Virus record (IMG/VR): IMGVR_UViG_3300036854_000038
Coordinates: 1 to 50,235 of that record
DNA from: a virus
Taxonomy: Duplodnaviria > Caudoviricetes
DNA: 50,235 bases
Strand: one strand, 5' to 3'
A program made the position numbers and the translations under genes. The notes beneath the pieces were generated by a model. The model was given only the letters and a program-made list of their open reading frames with translations. It was not told the origin of the DNA and ran no database searches. Shown here piece after piece: positions 45,353 through 50,235 of this stretch; position 1 is the first letter of the stretch, and each line of letters starts with the position of its first letter.

Positions 45353-47473
45353 TCAGGAAGCACGGCGCCTCCGGTCACGCTCGGTGGCCACGGCGACGAC
45401 ATCGGCGCGCCAGATCCCGCGCCGGTTGGCACCCTGGCCGGTCGCCGGGTCGGTGGCCCACACCTGCCCGGTGGCGTCGATGTCGAGGTCCTTGAGCGCG
45501 GCGGTGAGGTGCTCGCGGCTCCAGGTGCCGTACACCTGCGGCCGGTAGGCCGCCAGCCGCTCCAGCAGGATCTCGCCCCACAGCCGGTCCTCGTTCGGCG
45601 GCACCACCACGAGCACGTCGGCGAGGAGCTCCTCGACCTTGGCCAGCGTGCCGCCGGACTCCGGCTCCTCACCGATCGCGTGGCCGGAGAGGGTGCCTGC
45701 CTTCTCCCGCGCGTACCGGGCGCGCGCGGCGATCCGCTCGGCCGCTGGGGCGTCCACGTAGAACGTCCGGGCAATGACGGGATCGTCGCCCTCGCCGGCC
45801 AGGTAGCCGATGCCCAGGTCACGGCGGGTGAACATGGTTGCCCTGATGCCGTTGCGGTGCGCCGAGCCGCCCAGGACCATGTCATTCTCGACGTGCGACA
45901 TGACCTTGAAGCAGAAGCGGAGCACCGCGTTTGCCGAGATGCCCTTGGGCAGGCTCTTGGCGTCGGGCCGCTGGGTGGCGAGGATGAGCATGATCCCGAC
46001 CGCCGGGCCCCGGCGGATGATGTCCTCGCACACCGAGGCCAGCTCGTCGCCGAACTCGGGATGCTCGAACCACGCTTGGCACTCGTCCACGCCGATGACG
46101 ATCGGGTGGAGCCGATACTGCGGCAGCTTGACCAGCTCCCGGGTGATCTTGCTCTCCGGCGCGAGATGGCGGGGCAGGCCGCGGATCTCCTTGGTGCGGC
46201 GGCGCATGTCGTCTCGCACCTCACGCATGCACCCCAGCGCGAACGAGACGTCTCGGTCCTCGTCGCCCGCGCGGTACCGGTGCGAGACGAACTCCAGTGG
46301 GCCGAGATCGCCGGTGCCTTTCAGGTCGTACACATGCAGCTCAACGGTGGGGTCGAGCGCGGCGGCGAGCAGCGCGAGACGCAGCGAGAAGGTCTTGCCC
46401 ATCCGGGGCACGCTGCCGATGACCATGCTCGCGTACATCAGCGTGAGCGGCACGATACGGCCGCGCGGGTCGGTGCCGAACGGGAACGCGCGGAACAGGT
46501 TGACCGTGCCGGCCCTGATAAGCGGCCAGGCGGGCTGCTTGGCCTGGCTCATGTCCTCATCGCCGACCCAGAGGACGAGACGGCCGGCGTGCTGCTCGTG
46601 CGCGGGCTCCGGCCACACCGAGCCGAGTGGGCGGCGCAACGCCGAGGCGAGCTTGTCTCGCCGCTCGATCACGTCGCTGGCGGTGACCCCGTGCGGCAGG
46701 TCGATGTCGGCGCGCCACCCGGGCCCGTCCCGGGTGATCGGCGCCGGGAAGGTGATCGCGCCGGTGTTGCGCTCGCTCATCCCGCTGATGCCGAGCGAGA
46801 CGAACGCGCGCCTGACCATCTCGCTGGTGAGCCTGCTGGCCTTCGCCTTGACCACGGCGGTGTCCAGCAGCGGCTTGTCGGGCCGCTTGCCGAACGCACC
46901 CAGGACAACCACCCCGGCGACCGCCAGCACCGCCCGGCCGATCGGCCCGGCGGCGACCGCCAGCACCGCGACGATGCCGACCAGCGGCACCACGACGATG
47001 GCCGTGGCGGTGCCACGCACCTTGACGCGGGCGTCGCGGTGCCGCTGGAGCCGCAGGTACTGGCCCGCGTCGGCCTGGTCACGCGCCGCGCGGCGCACCG
47101 GATGGCCCTCGAGGTCGAGCATCCAGGTGAACGTTGCGGCGGCGATCCTCCAGGCGCCACGCGGGGAGCGCAGCGCGAGCCGGCCGAGGTACAGCGTCGG
47201 CACCCTGACCGCCTGGAAGGCGGCGATGTATGCGGCGTAGGTGATCGCCCAGGCAACCGTCTTGCGCAGCGCCTGGAGGGAACGCAGCCACGGTGGCAGG
47301 ATCGGCCGCCTGGTGGCCGTGCGCGGGTCGGGCCGGGGCGGCCGCTGTGCCTCCGCACTGTCGACCAGCACCCGCTCACCGTCGTCGTCGTCGGCGTCGG
47401 TGGTGAAGTGGCGGGTCGCGTCGAGGTCGACCTGTTCGGCGTGGCCGTTGTGTTCGTGCAGGTCACTGCTCAT
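45353..47473 (-). CDS. FtsK/SpoIIIE-family DNA translocase (TraB-like)
   Basis: N-terminal TMs; Walker A GSVPRMGKT, YDLKG.GD, Walker B IVIGVDECQ, ILATQRP; C-terminal wHTH-like domain. Confidence 0.92.
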   Translation of the reverse strand: MSSDLHEHNGHAEQVDLDATRHFTTDADDDDGERVLVDSAEAQRPPRPDPRTATRRPILPPWLRSLQALRKTVAWAITYAAYIAAFQAVRVPTLYLGRLALRSPRGAWRIAAATFTWMLDLEGHPVRRAARDQADAGQYLRLQRHRDARVKVRGTATAIVVVPLVGIVAVLAVAAGPIGRAVLAVAGVVVLGAFGKRPDKPLLDTAVVKAKASRLTSEMVRRAFVSLGISGMSERNTGAITFPAPITRDGPGWRADIDLPHGVTASDVIERRDKLASALRRPLGSVWPEPAHEQHAGRLVLWVGDEDMSQAKQPAWPLIRAGTVNLFRAFPFGTDPRGRIVPLTLMYASMVIGSVPRMGKTFSLRLALLAAALDPTVELHVYDLKGTGDLGPLEFVSHRYRAGDEDRDVSFALGCMREVRDDMRRRTKEIRGLPRHLAPESKITRELVKLPQYRLHPIVIGVDECQAWFEHPEFGDELASVCEDIIRRGPAVGIMLILATQRPDAKSLPKGISANAVLRFCFKVMSHVENDMVLGGSAHRNGIRATMFTRRDLGIGYLAGEGDDPVIARTFYVDAPAAERIAARARYAREKAGTLSGHAIGEEPESGGTLAKVEELLADVLVVVPPNEDRLWGEILLERLAAYRPQVYGTWSREHLTAALKDLDIDATGQVWATDPATGQGANRRGIWRADVVAVATERDRRRRAS

Positions 47474-47486
47474 GAGGGGCCTTCTT

Positions 47487-47768
47487 TCAGGCGTAGGCGT
47501 AGGCCAGCGCGGGCCGACGTTCGGGCGGGGGTGGATAGGCGAGGTAGCTGCGGACCGCCTGCACCAGCCCGGCGATGCCGGCGCCGATCAGCACCAGCAC
47601 GACGCCGGCCACGCATGCCAGCCGGGCGGGGCTGACTCGGTGGGCGAGCCGGACGGACAGGGTGGCGCCGGCCGGGGTGGTGGCGGGCCGGCCGAGGATG
47701 GCGTTGGCGATCAGGGCCAACGCGACGAGGTAGACGAGGACGATGAGGGTCAGGGTGTCGGCGGTCAT
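47487..47768 (-). CDS. 2-TM membrane protein
   Basis: AAGGAG RBS; two hydrophobic helices. Confidence 0.65.
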   Translation of the reverse strand: MTADTLTLIVLVYLVALALIANAILGRPATTPAGATLSVRLAHRVSPARLACVAGVVLVLIGAGIAGLVQAVRSYLAYPPPPERRPALAYAYA

Positions 47769-47843
47769 GGCGTGCTCCTTGGTGGTCGGTGGCTGGCCGG
47801 GTCGAGAGGCGCTCCGGGCGGGCCGGAGGACCTCCTGGCCCTG

Positions 47844-48032
47844 TCAGCGGCGGATAGCGGTACCGGCCTGGGCCTGCGCGTCGAGCTCGGCGGTGCGCTG
47901 GTCGTACTCGACGCGGATGGCGATGGCCCGCTCCGCCCAAGTGCTCGCGTTCTCTGCGGCCAGGCCACCGGCCACGAGGCTGCCCTGCTCTGTGATGTCG
48001 GTCTCGAACCAGCGGTCGCTGTGGTCGCTCAT
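47844..48032 (-). CDS. Small hypothetical protein
   Basis: ATGA-coupled. Confidence 0.55.
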   Translation of the reverse strand: MSDHSDRWFETDITEQGSLVAGGLAAENASTWAERAIAIRVEYDQRTAELDAQAQAGTAIRR

Positions 48033-48652
48033 GGCGTCCCTTCCTTTCCGGCGGCGGTCCCGCCGTTGACGGCGGCCAGCTCGCGGAGCACGCGCCGGCC
48101 GTAGTTCTTGGTGCCGAATTGGCGGTCAAGATCAGCGCCGGTCGGGTCTCGCCCTTCGGCGCGCTCGGCGAGCACGTACGCGCGCATCCGGTCTCCGACG
48201 CGCGCCGGGCGGCCGGCCTTGCGGCGCGTGCGAGACGGCGTGCGAGACGCAGACCGGGCCGTCTCGCTCGCCGTCTCGGCCTTGCCGGCGGTCTCGCGCA
48301 TGCGGGGCAGCTCGAGGACGACGATCGCCAGCAGCAGCGCGACGGGGGGGACAGCGCGGGCGAGCCACGCGGGCGGGGCGAGGACCTGGAAGGCGACCGA
48401 GCAGGTGAACGCGAGCAGCAGCATCGCCCAGGCGCGCCAGTCTCGCCGGTCATCGCGGACGCCGAGCGCGCCGGAGGCAGCGGCGGCGTCGATCACCAGC
48501 GCCCACCCGGATGCGAGCAGCTTGCGTGGCAGGATCGCCTGATCGGGGATGACGCCGGAGTCCAGCGCCTGCGCGCGGAGCGCGTCGAACGAGAGCACCG
48601 CCGCGGCGGCGGCGAGAAAGACAACGAGCCAGCGGCGCGCGTGGGCTTGCAT
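48029..48652 (-). CDS. DUF2637/SpdB-like membrane protein
   Basis: LSF.ALR..A...G..., W.LVID, SVA.Q, AVPPVALL; 4 TMs plus HTH-like tail. Confidence 0.75.
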   Translation of the reverse strand: MQAHARRWLVVFLAAAAAVLSFDALRAQALDSGVIPDQAILPRKLLASGWALVIDAAAASGALGVRDDRRDWRAWAMLLLAFTCSVAFQVLAPPAWLARAVPPVALLLAIVVLELPRMRETAGKAETASETARSASRTPSRTRRKAGRPARVGDRMRAYVLAERAEGRDPTGADLDRQFGTKNYGRRVLRELAAVNGGTAAGKEGTP

Positions 48653-48757
48653 GCGGCCTTCGCCTCCAAATGCGATCGGCCCTGAGCTGGTTGCGCAGCT
48701 CAGGGCCGATCACGACGGGTGATCTTCAACGAGGAGGCATCAGCGCGCAACCGCCAA

Positions 48758-48853
48758 TGTTCAGGTCTCTGTACGACCCTAAGCGTACAGGGATCTGAAC
48801 ACCTGTCAAGGGTGGGCTGTTCAGAGGCCTTCACGGCTGCGTATGCTGCCGTC
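48758..48853. promoter_or_regulatory. Divergent promoters with three 18-bp operators
   Basis: TGTTCAGGTCTCTGTACG (48758), CGTACAGGGATCTGAACA (48784), TGTTCAGAGGCCTTCACG (48818); leftward TTGACA-16-TACGCT; rightward TATGCT 6 nt before ATG 48854. Confidence 0.7.
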
Positions 48854-49174
48854 ATGCCCGAGGACCAGTCCGCCGCCGCGGCAGCGCGGCTCCAGCAGGC
48901 CATCGACGCCCTCACCAGAGCGTTCGAGGATGCGCTCGCGCTCGTCGACGCCAGCATCCGGGAGGGCGACCGGCAGGAAGCGCTCGACCTGGCGGTGACG
49001 CTGTTCGAGGCGATCGAAGCCAAGTACCATCAGACTGCCAAGCGCCGCAAGGCAGCCATCCGCCGAGTCTGGGACGAGGAGAAACCCTCCGTCCGTCAGA
49101 TGGCGCGGCGAGCGCGCATGTCGACAACCCGCGCGCACCAGCTCAAGCCCGGCGGCCAGAAGGAGGAGCCATGA
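48854..49174 (+). CDS. Regulator with C-terminal HTH (Kor-like position)
   Basis: SVRQMARRARMSTTRAHQL; divergent from the transfer operon. Confidence 0.7.
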   Translation: MPEDQSAAAAARLQQAIDALTRAFEDALALVDASIREGDRQEALDLAVTLFEAIEAKYHQTAKRRKAAIRRVWDEEKPSVRQMARRARMSTTRAHQLKPGGQKEEP

Positions 49175-49815
49175 CCAGCCTCGCAACCGACCTGCTGGCG
49201 ATCCTAGAGGCCCAATGGCGCGACACCGGCCGGCTCTTCCGCGCCGACATCGCCTGGCTACTGGAGGAGGCCCGGCAGCTCCGCACCGGTTACAAGCGCG
49301 TCACTGTCCAGGTGTTCCCACTCTGGGCCGGCAGGGAAGGTATCTGGCTGCTGTCCGGCGCCTGGCCGTGGTCCAGCGGCGCGATCCTCGACGGCGTCAG
49401 GAACCACCAGGTCGTCGAGGACCTGCTCCGGCAGCACGGCATCCCGGTCGACCAGCGCACCGTGCCGCTGCTGCACGAGACGTCCTGCATGGACCTCCTC
49501 AAGGTCGAGACCCACACCTACCTCGCCGAGGTCCGCTGGCGGGAGCCGATCCGCCGTGACTGGCCGGATGCGATCCCGATCGACCCGGAGGAGGTCGAAC
49601 GGATGGGGCCGCCGCCGACGCACGGCGCCGCGGAGGAGCCGGACTCGCGCGTGTGGGACCCGCTGATCCACGGCATCGGGGTCTTCCACACCGAGCGGGA
49701 CAAGAACGCGACGACCAGGCGGGACATGAGCCCGCTGATGCGCCGCCACGTCAGCAGGTTCGAGAAGACGCTCTACCGGCTGTACGAGCAGGAGCACCCG
49801 GCGACGGTCGCCTAA
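49171..49815 (+). CDS. Hypothetical protein, possibly a degenerate NUDIX-like fold
   Basis: AAGGAGGAG RBS, coupled to the HTH gene; V.VFPL...I.LL...LLHETS...TYLA.V pattern; no intact NUDIX box. Confidence 0.6.
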   Translation: MTSLATDLLAILEAQWRDTGRLFRADIAWLLEEARQLRTGYKRVTVQVFPLWAGREGIWLLSGAWPWSSGAILDGVRNHQVVEDLLRQHGIPVDQRTVPLLHETSCMDLLKVETHTYLAEVRWREPIRRDWPDAIPIDPEEVERMGPPPTHGAAEEPDSRVWDPLIHGIGVFHTERDKNATTRRDMSPLMRRHVSRFEKTLYRLYEQEHPATVA

Positions 49816-49893
49816 CCTCCCCCTTGTGTTGAGAGAGGTCACTCTCTATCCTCTCAAGGTGACAAAGGATGTCACGCACCGGGGAGGATCACC

Positions 49894-50019
49894 GTGCGAC
49901 ACTCCAAGACCTGGCCCATGCGCGCCTGGCGGCGCGTCTCGCTCACCATCATCAGCGCCGGCGCCGCGGCCTTTGCCCTGGCTGGCCTGGCCAGTCCGGA
50001 TCAGTTCATCTGGAACTGA
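49894..50019 (+). CDS. 41-aa secreted propeptide (candidate signalling peptide)
   Basis: GGGGAGG RBS + GTG; MRHSKTWPMRAWRR-VSLTIISAGAAAFALAGLA-SPDQFIWN. Confidence 0.7.
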   Translation: MRHSKTWPMRAWRRVSLTIISAGAAAFALAGLASPDQFIWN

Positions 50020-50032
50020 TCCCAACTCCTCC

Positions 50033-50079
50033 CAGCGCCGGCCCCGCCCTGCCCGGTTCCGGGGCCGGCGCTGTCCTTT
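50033..50079 (+). terminator. Terminator-like hairpin after the propeptide gene
   Basis: 14-bp stem CAGCGCCGGCCCCG / CGGGGCCGGCGCTG followed by TCCTTT. Confidence 0.7.
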
Positions 50080-50085
50080 GGTCAG

Positions 50086-50235
50086 GAGGCGACCGTGCGG
50101 ATCATGGATGATCTGCCACCACGCGAGCGGGCCAAGACACTCGCCTTCTGTGTGGCGGTCCTCATCCTCACCCTGCTCATCATGGCCACCGTGAGGCTGT
50201 GAACGCGGCAAAGCCCCGGTCTCGTATACCGGGGC
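50086..50235. repeat. Terminal direct repeat, right copy
   Basis: 148/150 identical to 1-150. Confidence 0.95.

Noticed and set aside
45290-47635. 781-aa plus-strand ORF
   Set aside because: Antisense shadow of the FtsK/TraB gene

Overview
The window looks like the complete, circularly assembled genome (150-bp end overlap) of a temperate, GC-rich, siphovirus-like tailed phage, most likely of an actinobacterium. About 0.2-22.9 kb (minus strand) is the virion and lysis operon: TerS, TerL, HK97-type portal, ClpP-like protease, major capsid, neck and tail genes, a tail chaperone with a -1 frameshift, tape measure, minor tail, amidase endolysin and holin-like genes. About 22.9-28.8 kb is an accessory region of small genes driven by five promoters that each carry two copies of a 20-bp palindromic operator. 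It also holds two type II hammerhead ribozymes that exactly bracket a DUF3560 gene. About 28.8-38.7 kb (minus) carries replication and recombination genes: a Rad52/Sak-like annealase, an initiator with internal iterons, a helicase loader-like gene and a VRR-NUC nuclease. A cro/repressor switch, tyrosine integrase, Xis and serine resolvase follow. About 44.5-50.2 kb is an AICE-like conjugation module (FtsK/TraB, DUF2637/Spd-like membrane proteins, clt-like repeats). Divergent from it are an HTH regulator, a NUDIX-like gene and an unannotated 41-aa secreted propeptide ending SPDQFIWN, a candidate peptide-signalling system. All family assignments come from reading motifs by eye; no database searches were run.
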